The position numbers were made by a program, and so were the translations under genes. Source: a virus. From it: 64,000 nucleotides of DNA. Position 1 is the first letter of the stretch. Each line of letters opens with the position of its first letter. Below are positions 47,206 to 56,800 of the stretch, in pieces. The notes under the pieces were generated by a model. The model was not told the origin of the DNA. It saw nothing but the letters and a program-made list of their open reading frames with translations, and did no database searches. The DNA is taken from positions 32,001 through 96,000 of IMG/VR virus record IMGVR_UViG_3300047557_004034. One strand, written 5' to 3'.

Positions 47206-47949
47206 TTACCTTTTGTTACCATTGAATATGAAACCAAATTGTGTTTGTAGGTCTCCCGAATGTAAGTCAAACATATTATCATACCCCGCAAATTTTGCAG
47301 ATATACCTATTTCGAAACCATCACCCCAACTACCATTACCACCATTTTGACTTTGCATGATAGAATTTAATTCACTCCATTTATTTGCAAACAATTCTAA
47401 TTTTTGTTTATCATATTTGAAAATTAAAAAATGTTCACTTGGTAAACAAGAATCTATAAGTCTATCATTCATATCCCAACTCAAAACACCATATGAATGT
47501 ATTTTGTGACTAAACAAACAACTACCAATGTTTTTTAATTGTGCAATTTCACCTCTCAAAACACAATTAAGTCTAGTTGCAACAGAATCATGAGATTCCA
47601 TCAAAGACTTTAACCTTTCGTCAGAGACATCATTCCAAAATGTGTGTTTTATATCCCCATCCACATAAAAAATAACATCATATCCTTCAGGGATGTCTTT
47701 GAATGCCAAATATTTTAGATTGTAATTAAATTCTGACCCTCCCTTATATAACAAAATTGAATCGGCAGGAACATTATTCCTTACAATCAATCTTTCGTTA
47801 TTTATGTCTTCGAAGAAAGAAACATCATTCGTTGTTAACAAAATGTCGTGTTTGGTGTTTGACAATAATTCATTTATCAAATCTTTCGATGCATTCAAAT
47901 ACATTTGTCTATCTGTGGCTAATGATAGTATTGTGAATAATATTTTCAT
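47206..47949 (-). CDS. GT-A fold glycosyltransferase (GT6-like)
   Basis: ILFTILSLA...Y, LTTND, KYLA and FYVDGD (DxD) motifs. Confidence 0.55.
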   Translation of the reverse strand: MKILFTILSLATDRQMYLNASKDLINELLSNTKHDILLTTNDVSFFEDINNERLIVRNNVPADSILLYKGGSEFNYNLKYLAFKDIPEGYDVIFYVDGDIKHTFWNDVSDERLKSLMESHDSVATRLNCVLRGEIAQLKNIGSCLFSHKIHSYGVLSWDMNDRLIDSCLPSEHFLIFKYDKQKLELFANKWSELNSIMQSQNGGNGSWGDGFEIGISAKFAGYDNMFDLHSGDLQTQFGFIFNGNKR

Positions 47950-48890
47950 GATAAGAAAACTCTATTGAATTTGTCCATGATTATTTCAGGACTGAATTGT
48001 TTATATGGTAAATCATAATCTTCATATTTCAAATAACTTTTGAAGTTATTAAAAATATCATAAACTTCATCTGGATTATTGTAAATAATCGCTCTTTCCC
48101 CTAACATCTCAAGATGAGCTCTCTCACCCGAAAGTCCATAAGTAACTACAGGTTTATTTTCTAATGCAAATTCTGATACTGCCAACCCAAAAGTTTCCCC
48201 ACCACTTCTAGCATGTATCATTGCATCGCACGCATTAACAAAAGATGATTTGGTTTCCAAATTCCACGAACCAGGTAAAAATTTTACCTTCGGGTGGTCA
48301 ACAAACTTGTTTATGTTCATGAATATAAATTCTATGTCCTCTCTTTCATTAACTGTTTTTATAATCATTTCTTTTACAAATTCTATATTGAATTCAGTCG
48401 AACCAGCATAGCAACCGAATACTGTAGAAGTACTTGGTATACCTAATTTATCCCTAAAATTTTCATTCGGAGGGGGTAACTTCTCACAAATATACGGTAA
48501 TGAATGTGTCTCAGGAGAATATCCTTGGTCTTTAGCTAACCAATCAGAAATGTAAAAATATTTATGACCATGTGGTTCGTTAAATCTAAACACAGTATGA
48601 ATCAAAGTTGGGATTGTTTCTAAACAGTAACCATCTTGATTTCCCATCTTAGTAAAATACAAGAAGTCAAAATTATTTTCTTTAAGATAAGTTTCATACT
48701 CCCACCAATACTTTATTTGTACTTCAAATCTATTTTGGAATTTTTCTAACGCATCCATATTTGAGTTAGGAAACGTAAAAATTACACTTTTATTACCCAA
48801 TACTTCTTCATTGTATTTGGCATAATTGAACAAACTAACCTCAGTGCCTCTTATACATAATTGATTACTATGGAATGCGATTTTTTTCAT
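47946..48890 (-). CDS. GT-B fold glycosyltransferase (GT4-like)
   Basis: RGTEV, DAMIHARSGGETFGLAVSEF...KPVV; start set at MKKIAF (48890) to avoid overlap. Confidence 0.75.
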   Translation of the reverse strand: MKKIAFHSNQLCIRGTEVSLFNYAKYNEEVLGNKSVIFTFPNSNMDALEKFQNRFEVQIKYWWEYETYLKENNFDFLYFTKMGNQDGYCLETIPTLIHTVFRFNEPHGHKYFYISDWLAKDQGYSPETHSLPYICEKLPPPNENFRDKLGIPSTSTVFGCYAGSTEFNIEFVKEMIIKTVNEREDIEFIFMNINKFVDHPKVKFLPGSWNLETKSSFVNACDAMIHARSGGETFGLAVSEFALENKPVVTYGLSGERAHLEMLGERAIIYNNPDEVYDIFNNFKSYLKYEDYDLPYKQFSPEIIMDKFNRVFLS

Positions 48891-48915
48891 ATTTTGTTTT
48901 ATTTTTTTTTTATTA

Positions 48916-49473
48916 TTAAGGATAAAAAACAAGTCCTGTTCCTGTGATGTGTCCGATATCAGAAATGTCTATTTTTTTTAATTCAATTCCAAGCCAAAAA
49001 TCTAACATAGGGGTATTCAAATGAATGTCATCATATAATACTAAACCTTGATAATTGATGTTAATCAAATGTTTATGAAACATATTTTCAAAAGAACCAT
49101 CATGGAACGTATCAAGTAAAATAACCTTTGAATTGTGAATTGTATTGATATGTTTTTCATCTAATACATCGTCAATCAAAAATTCAATGTTTTCAGGAAT
49201 AGATGAAAGGTCTAAGTGATAACCAACATCGATAGAAATAACTCTGTTAGATTGGTTAGTTGAAAAGGCTAGTGCAGAACATCCTTTCAAACTTCCGATG
49301 TCCAAAAATTGCACATTATCATACTTACTCGATATAAACGACAAAAGTCTGTAATGTTCCATACCTGATGGAGAAAGGAAATATCTTTTATACTCATCAG
49401 AATTAATCAGATTAACGTGAGAATCCAAATTCAATTGGTCTAAGTCTTCATTTTTTATTTCTTCAATATTCAT
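48916..49473 (-). CDS. Class I SAM-dependent methyltransferase (Methyltransf_24-like)
   Basis: EHYRLL, LDIGSLKGCSA, LDTFHDG, YDDI and GHITGTG motifs. Confidence 0.75.
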   Translation of the reverse strand: MNIEEIKNEDLDQLNLDSHVNLINSDEYKRYFLSPSGMEHYRLLSFISSKYDNVQFLDIGSLKGCSALAFSTNQSNRVISIDVGYHLDLSSIPENIEFLIDDVLDEKHINTIHNSKVILLDTFHDGSFENMFHKHLININYQGLVLYDDIHLNTPMLDFWLGIELKKIDISDIGHITGTGLVFYP

Positions 49474-49485
49474 ACAAAAATTTTT

Positions 49486-50190
49486 TTATTTATTTAAAGC
49501 ATCCCAATAACACCTTTCAAGATATTCATCATATTTTTCGAAACATTTCAAATTATCAGAATACCCATCGCGTTGTGTGAACAACATGGGTATTGTTATA
49601 CCTACATTAAATAGCCTATTTTCCCTTTTACATAATATTTCGTGTGAACAACAATCATTAAAAAATTCATCGTGTATTACACGGTAATATGGGTCATTGG
49701 GGTCATTGTAGTTTTTTAATGTTTCGTAAAAGTATTCGAGAAAATTTTTTTTATATAGAAACGCTTGGGCACACAGCGCATTGGAAACTTTTCCGAAGTG
49801 CTCGTCTAATCTTTCTATTCTTGCACCTTCCAAAGGTCTAGTACCCATACCAATTAAATCAAAGTATTCGTAGAACCTATCCCACTTTTCAAAAACTTTG
49901 TCGAAGTCGGATTCTTGTGTACCATTCATTACTTTAATATCATCTTCGAATATTATTATCGACTCTAACCCTTCATCAAGTGCTATTTTTGCACAATTCA
50001 AAAACGCTTGAGTTGCACCATAAACTCTCCATTCAGGGTCTTCGTAAATTACACCATCAATATACTCATATCCATCGAATCCGTATTTTTTTAATACAAG
50101 TTCCGTTTCGTATTTTCTATCCATCCTATAAGGTAAATTTATTACAAATCCCTTATCGGCAATTTTCTTTCCTTTATAAGAAACCATCAA
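49486..50190 (-). CDS. Glycosyltransferase family 25-like (Lic2/LgtB-type)
   Basis: VINLPYRMDR and IIFEDDI motifs. Confidence 0.75.
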   Translation of the reverse strand: MMVSYKGKKIADKGFVINLPYRMDRKYETELVLKKYGFDGYEYIDGVIYEDPEWRVYGATQAFLNCAKIALDEGLESIIIFEDDIKVMNGTQESDFDKVFEKWDRFYEYFDLIGMGTRPLEGARIERLDEHFGKVSNALCAQAFLYKKNFLEYFYETLKNYNDPNDPYYRVIHDEFFNDCCSHEILCKRENRLFNVGITIPMLFTQRDGYSDNLKCFEKYDEYLERCYWDALNK

Positions 50191-51461
50191 CTGACAGCAT
50201 TATGATTTAACTGACCTGTTAATCTATCACACCAACCTTTAGATTCTGAGTGAGGCCATACAACCCAATACTTTGGTAATTCTTGTGTTGGGAATTCTCT
50301 CCATACCTTGCAATATCCATCAGGGTCTCTCATAAATCCTGCAATCTCATTTTTGTCGGCGTCTTTTCTAAAGATAGTTTCATCCTTATCATCGTGGAAG
50401 GCAACAACCCAAAAATCATAATCTTTTTCAGGTACTTGACTGTATGAAACATCAATACAGTGTTTGAATATTTTTGTGAAATCCGCTTTCCATTCCTCTT
50501 CTGTTTCGTAGTTATACGGGTTTGGTGGATAGTTTTTATCCAATGTATATTTTTGAATAGAACGTCTTTCGAATAATATTCCTGAATATTTTTCAAAATC
50601 TTTTAAAGTTCTAACTGAGCCAAAACCGAACTCACCATCGTGACCTTCTTGAGTTAATCCATCCATACCGAATAACTTTCTATTCAAAAGATGTGAATGT
50701 TGGTTTTTCTTAACCCATTCTTTGTCATCATCCCATTGCTTTGTTCTACCCTTTCTTGTATATTCATGATATACAACAGGAACATGTGGATGGAACAAGT
50801 CATAACCCCAAGTGTAAGCTCTCGCAGCAATTGAAATTTCTTCTCCGTGGAAATAGTATTCAGGATTGTGTTGAACTTCTTTTGAAAACTCACCGAGTGT
50901 AAAACAGAAGTGAGCAGAATAGAATCTCGCAGTTACAGGTTTTTTCAACTCTCTCCATCTTGGAATTGTTTCAGGTAAAAAGAAGATTGCACCTTCAGGA
51001 ATAAATCTATCAAACACCATTCTCCATGGGTCTTTTGCTCTTCCTGCTGGGTCATTATCAGGGTCAAAAGATGGTACATAACCCGTAAGTAGAGGTTTCA
51101 TATATCCATCTTTTTGTAGACCCTTAATCATATTAATTAAAGTTTCATCCCAATTCTTTTCGAATCTCATGTGGGAATCTATTTGCATTGTATATTTTTC
51201 ATCTTTATACAATTGTTGTACTAGATGTCTTGCCCAACATACACCTTTAGCTTCTTGGTATGGTATGTCAAGAATTCTGAATCTTTTATCATCTCTCCAT
51301 TCATCTAAATTATCAAACCCGTCTGTTTCAGCATATTGTCTTGCAATACCTATCACTAAGTTTTTTGGATTTTTTGCATTTGCCAACATATCTTTTATCG
51401 TTGGGACAAGTTGTGGGTCTCTGTAAGACGCAATCTGAATGAATATTTTATTATTTGCCAT
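50187..51461 (-). CDS. GT60-like polypeptide N-acetylglucosaminyltransferase (Skp1 GlcNAc-transferase family)
   Basis: IFIQIASYRDP, GVCWAR, QIDSHMRF..NWD, FHGEE...R.YT.GYD and HEY motifs. Confidence 0.82.
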   Translation of the reverse strand: MANNKIFIQIASYRDPQLVPTIKDMLANAKNPKNLVIGIARQYAETDGFDNLDEWRDDKRFRILDIPYQEAKGVCWARHLVQQLYKDEKYTMQIDSHMRFEKNWDETLINMIKGLQKDGYMKPLLTGYVPSFDPDNDPAGRAKDPWRMVFDRFIPEGAIFFLPETIPRWRELKKPVTARFYSAHFCFTLGEFSKEVQHNPEYYFHGEEISIAARAYTWGYDLFHPHVPVVYHEYTRKGRTKQWDDDKEWVKKNQHSHLLNRKLFGMDGLTQEGHDGEFGFGSVRTLKDFEKYSGILFERRSIQKYTLDKNYPPNPYNYETEEEWKADFTKIFKHCIDVSYSQVPEKDYDFWVVAFHDDKDETIFRKDADKNEIAGFMRDPDGYCKVWREFPTQELPKYWVVWPHSESKGWCDRLTGQLNHNAVS

Positions 51462-51481
51462 GTTCTTTTTTCAGGAAAAAT

Positions 51482-51510
51482 AAAAAACCCTCTACAAAAG
51501 TAGAGGGTTT
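51482..51510 (-). terminator. Rho-independent terminator
   Basis: aaaccctctac-tttt-gtagagggttt followed by a T-run on the minus strand. Confidence 0.72.
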
Positions 51511-51536
51511 ACATAAAATATGTTTTATCTGTTGTT

Positions 51537-53855
51537 TTAATAAATCTTATTCAATACAAAAATGTCAGAATATATCGAGTTGTTATTACTGTTACTACCC
51601 CACTGAGCGGTAACCGATAACGTATTATTAACTGTTGTGTCAAATGTTGTATTATTAACTGTATTGAATGAAAATCCTTCAACCGTACCATTATTTGTTT
51701 TACTATAAGTAAATCTTCCCAAAGATACAATATCCGCGACTCCGGCAACTCCAATATTTCTTATGGTAAAGTTTATTGTGAAAGTCCATATGTCGTTGGT
51801 TATAGTTGTAAGAGCCTGAGCACCACTGTCTAATAAAACAACAGAACCTGTTTTCACTCTAAGTCTCAAAGTTTCATTGTTTCCTGCACTTAGCACGCCA
51901 CCAAAGTCTACTCTGAAACTATCTCCAATTTGAAATTGATTAGCAAGAACACTAAGTGTTCCAACACCCCCATCAATAAGTGAGTTCTCAACTGTTGTTG
52001 CACTTACCACCGTACTATTTCCTGTCTGTGCAAATAATCCGTAAACAACTGGAAGTGGAAATACTGGAGATGTACCACTTGTACCTGATGAACCTGCCGT
52101 TCCTGAACTACCACTTGTACCTGAACTTCCGTCTATTCCACTTGTTCCTGAAGAACCATCTGAACCTGATGTTCCTGAACTTCCGCTAGTTCCTGATGAA
52201 CCACTTGTGCCGGAACTTCCTGATGTACCAGAACTACCACTTGTTCCTGAAGAACCATCTGAACCTGATGTTCCTGAACTTCCGCTTGTACCTGAAGAAC
52301 CATCTGAACCTGATGTTCCTGAACTTCCGCTTGTACCTGAAGAACCACTTGTGCCAGAACTTCCGCTAGTTCCTGAAGAACCACTTGTGCCAGAACTTCC
52401 GCTAGTTCCTGAAGAACCAGAGGTTCCTGAACTACCTGATGTTCCACTCGAACCAGAACTTCCACTTGTTCCTGAAGAACCTGATGTTCCACTAGAACCT
52501 GAAGAACCGCTTGTACCTGAACTTCCATCTATTCCGCTTGTTCCTGAAGAACCAGACGTACCTGAGCTTCCATTACCACCCGCAGCACCTTCCAAATTGA
52601 TAGTCCATGCCGAGAATTGACCACCACCAATTATATTTGTAACATCAACCACCATATCACCATTAGAAGAGTTGTAACTAACAACCATTCCTATCATATG
52701 ATTAGATAAATCATATGCAATTATCACATCTTGAGCAATACTGTATCCCAAATTAGTTCCAACCACAAATGTACCAGTACTACCTGTTTGGATAGTTAAA
52801 AGTGTGGATGAAGTCGTTCTATATAAATCACCTGAAAATCCTGAGGTTCCACTTGACCCTGAAGTACCAGAAGAACCACTACTACCGCTAGAACCTGAAC
52901 TACCGTCAGTCCCTGATGAGCCAGATGTTCCACTTGACCCTGAAGTACCAGAAGAACCACTTGTTCCTGAACTACCATCAGTTCCTGATGAGCCAGATGT
53001 TCCACTCGAGCCTGATGTACCAGAACTTCCCGAAGAACCATCCGAACCACTAGTTCCTGAAGAACCTGAACTACCGTCAGTACCTGATGTTCCAGAGCTT
53101 CCTGAAGAACCCGATGTTCCTGAACTACCGTCAGTACCTGATGTTCCAGAGCTTCCTGAAGAACCCGATGTTCCTGAACTACCTGAAGTACCATTAAGAA
53201 CAAAAGATACCGCATATGTTTTTCCTAAAGTCCAAAGACCCGCACCATAAACTGCCGGTACACCACTACAAGTAACATTATATTGACCGTTATTTCCGGG
53301 GTCTGTGTAAGTTACAGATGAGATTCTGTATAATCCAATTACACTTGAGTCGTCAACCTGCACAACTTGCAAGTATGGTGTAATTCCATTGGCAATTGCA
53401 TTATTGATTGTATCCCAAAATCCTTCTGAGTTGTTAGCAATGCTTCCATAAGAGAATTTGAAACTTCCCGTATTCAATAAACCAGAATTACAGCATGAGC
53501 TAAAGTACGTAAACCCTGAAGGGTTTGCTCCTGCAGTATCTTGTAATATCCATCGTAATGTTGCTGCTCCATCTATCCCTGATAGTCCACTTGTTCCTGA
53601 TGAACCATCACTGCCGCTAGTCCCCGAAGAACCTGAGCTTCCTGATGAACCGTCAGAACCGCTAGTCCCCGAAGAACCCGAACTACCACTTGTACCTGAA
53701 CTTCCAGTTCCACCTGAAAACTGTTCAGTCAAAGACGAAAAAAATATTGAGTTTGTGACACCTGATGGGTCTATGTCATAATTCACAATTACCATCAAGG
53801 ATTCAGGTTGTCCTGAAGTTGCTAATGGTAATTGAGATATTGGTAAATTTGGCAT
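51537..53855 (-). CDS. Fibre-like virion protein with three Gly-X-Y (GSS/GTS) collagen-like Ser/Thr-rich blocks
   Basis: 772 aa; N-terminal MPNLPISQLP; (GSSGTS)n blocks separating small beta domains; TATTTATA at 53868-53875. Confidence 0.78.
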   Translation of the reverse strand: MPNLPISQLPLATSGQPESLMVIVNYDIDPSGVTNSIFFSSLTEQFSGGTGSSGTSGSSGSSGTSGSDGSSGSSGSSGTSGSDGSSGTSGLSGIDGAATLRWILQDTAGANPSGFTYFSSCCNSGLLNTGSFKFSYGSIANNSEGFWDTINNAIANGITPYLQVVQVDDSSVIGLYRISSVTYTDPGNNGQYNVTCSGVPAVYGAGLWTLGKTYAVSFVLNGTSGSSGTSGSSGSSGTSGTDGSSGTSGSSGSSGTSGTDGSSGSSGTSGSDGSSGSSGTSGSSGTSGSSGTDGSSGTSGSSGTSGSSGTSGSSGTDGSSGSSGSSGSSGTSGSSGTSGFSGDLYRTTSSTLLTIQTGSTGTFVVGTNLGYSIAQDVIIAYDLSNHMIGMVVSYNSSNGDMVVDVTNIIGGGQFSAWTINLEGAAGGNGSSGTSGSSGTSGIDGSSGTSGSSGSSGTSGSSGTSGSSGSSGTSGSSGTSGSSGTSGSSGTSGSSGTSGSSGTSGSSGTSGSSGTSGSDGSSGTSGSSGTSGSDGSSGTSGSSGTSGSSGTSGSSGTSGSSGTSGSDGSSGTSGIDGSSGTSGSSGTAGSSGTSGTSPVFPLPVVYGLFAQTGNSTVVSATTVENSLIDGGVGTLSVLANQFQIGDSFRVDFGGVLSAGNNETLRLRVKTGSVVLLDSGAQALTTITNDIWTFTINFTIRNIGVAGVADIVSLGRFTYSKTNNGTVEGFSFNTVNNTTFDTTVNNTLSVTAQWGSNSNNNSIYSDIFVLNKIY
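52070..52575. repeat. Coding tandem repeat block 3 (9-nt period; exact 45-bp and 36-bp duplications)
   Basis: 52246-52290 = 52291-52335; 52336-52371 = 52372-52407. Confidence 0.9.
52830..53190. repeat. Coding tandem repeat block 2 (exact 54-bp duplication)
   Basis: 53071-53124 = 53125-53178. Confidence 0.9.
53570..53715. repeat. Coding tandem repeat block 1 (GSS/GTS)
   Basis: Degenerate 9-nt periodic repeat. Confidence 0.85.
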
Positions 53856-53880
53856 TTTCTTTTATTTTATAAATATGTTT

Positions 53881-56800
53881 TTATAGTCCGTATTTGGATT
53901 TATCTGCATTGAAGTTTTGTAATACTTCCGAACCTGATAATGATTTACTATACATTCTCACAACACCCATTCTACCATTCAACCATTGAGAGAATTGTCC
54001 CCCGTTAAATGAACCCAAATACAAAGGTGATGTTGTGTTTTTAATGCTTGCAAATGAATGTGAATTACTTCCAATCAAATTACCGTTTATGTAAAGTGCG
54101 ATTGAATTACTTGCAACATTTGTCCACACACCTACAACTTGGTACCACGTATTGATACTCAAACCAGTAAGTGGTGATGTTACTGAGGTTACTCCTCCAT
54201 TACCTACTTCCATAAAAGTATTACTATTAGCAACTGTTCTTAAACCGTAACCCCAATCCGCAGAGGCTCCACCATCAGTTTTCGCTATTAGTATTCTGCT
54301 TGCACCCGCAATTACCGAATGATTTACCCAAAACTCAATAGACCAATCACTGCTACCTGGTTCTAATAAAGCATTGTCGGCAACACTTATTTGTGATGAC
54401 GTACCATTAAATGTAAAGTATGGAGATGTAAATGTAATGTTAGACATTGTTCCATTCAAACCATTACTTGATAAATCATTTATCACGGTTCCACTACCAG
54501 AATAACTTGAAGGGTTACTTGGGTCATAATATAACACAAGGTTACTTGTTACAGGTTGTCCTGGTGTAGAACTTGGTGTTGGTGAAGATGTTGTTGTGTT
54601 AGTTGGAGTATTAGTTGCGGTCACGGTTGGTGTTGAGGTACTTGTTGGAGTTGGTGATATTGTGTTTGTTGGTGTTATTGACGGTGTTGGTGTGATAGTG
54701 GGGGTTTCAGTATTTGTAGGTGTATTAGTTGCAGTCGGTGTCATTTCGATAAAACTTGGAGATAAGAAATCATACATTTGACCTATTTCAGAAAAATTCA
54801 ATTTTCTATTGTAAAAATATAAATTCGCCAAATATCCGAATGATTGTCCTGCCAGAAGGTTATTACCCCACATCACGTGAGTATCTCCTCCGGCTCCAAA
54901 AGCAACAGAACCAACTTGAGTTCCGTTTATGTAAAATACACTTGATGTATTATCTCCGACCACGGCATATTGTACCCAAACATCCTCATCTGCCGTAATA
55001 TTATATCCTGAATCTTGGAATGTGAAATTATAATAACCTAAATCATCAGTTCCAACTTGAACTAAGATTGGAAGATTGTTATTCGTTCTCAACAAGGACC
55101 TCCATCCAGCAGAACTTGGGATTACTTTAGCCCATGTTACATATGTATATCCTGTTGTTGGTAAGGATGGTCCTGTACCAATAACTTGAATTGACTCTGT
55201 ACCCGTACTACAATCAAAACATTTAATTCCATTAAGAGTTGTAAAAGTTGCACCTCCCGATAAAGTGTTATCAAACGAACCTGTTAAATCAAATACGGTA
55301 GTCCCTGACCCAGGGTAACTTTCAGTTTTATTAGCATCCAATTGCATAATAAGTCCTGAAGTTACGATATTAGGTGTCGGAGTTACGGTTGGGGTATTAG
55401 TTGGAGTTTCGGTTATTGTTGGTGTTATAGTTGGTGTAGGTGTTTCTGTTATTGTTGGAGTTAGAGTTGGTGTTTCACTTGGTGTGTTTGTTGGAGTTTC
55501 TGTTATCGTTGGTGTTGTTGTTGGAGTAGGTGTTTCAGTCTCAGTAGGAGTGTTAGTTGGAGTTTCGGTAGGAGTTTCAGTTACACTTGTTGTCGGTGTA
55601 TTTGTTAATGTTGGAGTTGGTGTGAGAGTTTCACTTTCTGTTGGAGTCTGTGTAGGAGTTTCAGTTGTTGTTGGTGTAGGAGATGGTGACGAGGCTTGTA
55701 TTAAAATACCAAAACCATCCTGTTGTAAAATCATAGAATAATTTTCCTGTAACAAGAAGTTGGAGTCAGGCATCGTTGGAGTTGGAGTTGGGGTATTTGT
55801 TGGTGTTTGTGTTGGAGTTACATTTGGACAAGGAATTATCGAGTCTATATAACCTGTGTTTCCAGTAACAATATAAACGTTTGTTCCATCAGAATAATAT
55901 CCATCAGTAACATAAAAATATGGGTCCAAAGAATAATCTGAGTATATATGGTCTCCTACAACTAAAGATTCACTTGGAGATTGATAATAAGTTGTAGTTG
56001 ATGCCGAACAAGAAGCATTTGGGTCTAAAAAATTATACCCTAACTGAAGAGTAGTTGGGTTATATATTGAAGGGTCAGGACAAGGTCCGACATAAGAATA
56101 ACGACCATCTCCCGATATAATTAACACGCTGTTGTAATCACCGCAAAAGTCATTACTCCAATCTTCGACTCCTGTCATTTGAATAGTGTTACCGGAACAA
56201 TCAGTAAATTCGAATGTAGGATTTTGTGGTCCAACATAAATAAAACGTATTATTGAACAAGATTCAAAAATTGTGGTGTGAGATGGTGTCACAGTTGGTG
56301 TCATAGTTGGTGTTTGAGTATTTGTTGGTGTTTGAGAAACTGGAATTAAAGTACAATCTATCAATCCTCCATTTTCATTCAATATTGCCCAATTATAAAC
56401 TATATCACCATCATAATAACTTATATCAATACCACCTATTGCAATTCTAGTATTTTGAAGTTGACCAATAAATAATACCCCTGTTGAAGAAATAATGCCA
56501 TTATCGAAAGTATTATCGAAACTACCATTCGAATTCAATCTAATTATCTTATAAGAAGATACTCCCGAATAAGAAGTGAATTGTCCTGCCGCAAGTATTT
56601 TACCATCAGTCTGTAAACCAATCGATAAAACTTGAGCATTAAATCCTGTTCCGTAGTTGAATGTGTTGTCAATTGTGGCGTCAACATTCAACCTTATAAT
56701 TCTATTTGCAGAAACACCTGAATATGTTGTAAATTGTGCACCTGCACAAATAATTTTACCATCAGGTTGTATTGCTAATTCACTGACTGTATTGTTGAAT

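Noticed and set aside
43387-51461. GT island as a bacterial LPS/capsule locus (host contamination or prophage flank)
   Set aside because: Flanked on both sides by phage genes with the same late motif; no wzx/wzy/ABC exporter or nucleotide-sugar synthesis genes
52070-53715. Repeats as a possible CRISPR array or DGR template/variable pair
   Set aside because: No constant repeat with unique spacers; in-frame coding 9-nt periodicity; no reverse transcriptase in the window
52133-53781. Pro/Glu-rich (PELPDVPEEP) plus-strand ORFs and VLQE-repeat alternative-frame ORFs
   Set aside because: Antisense or off-frame shadows of the GSS/GTS repeat, which lacks stops in those frames; no independent expression signals
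54596-55741. Val/Gly-rich plus-strand ORFs (VGVGV)
   Set aside because: Antisense shadows of the Thr-Pro tracts
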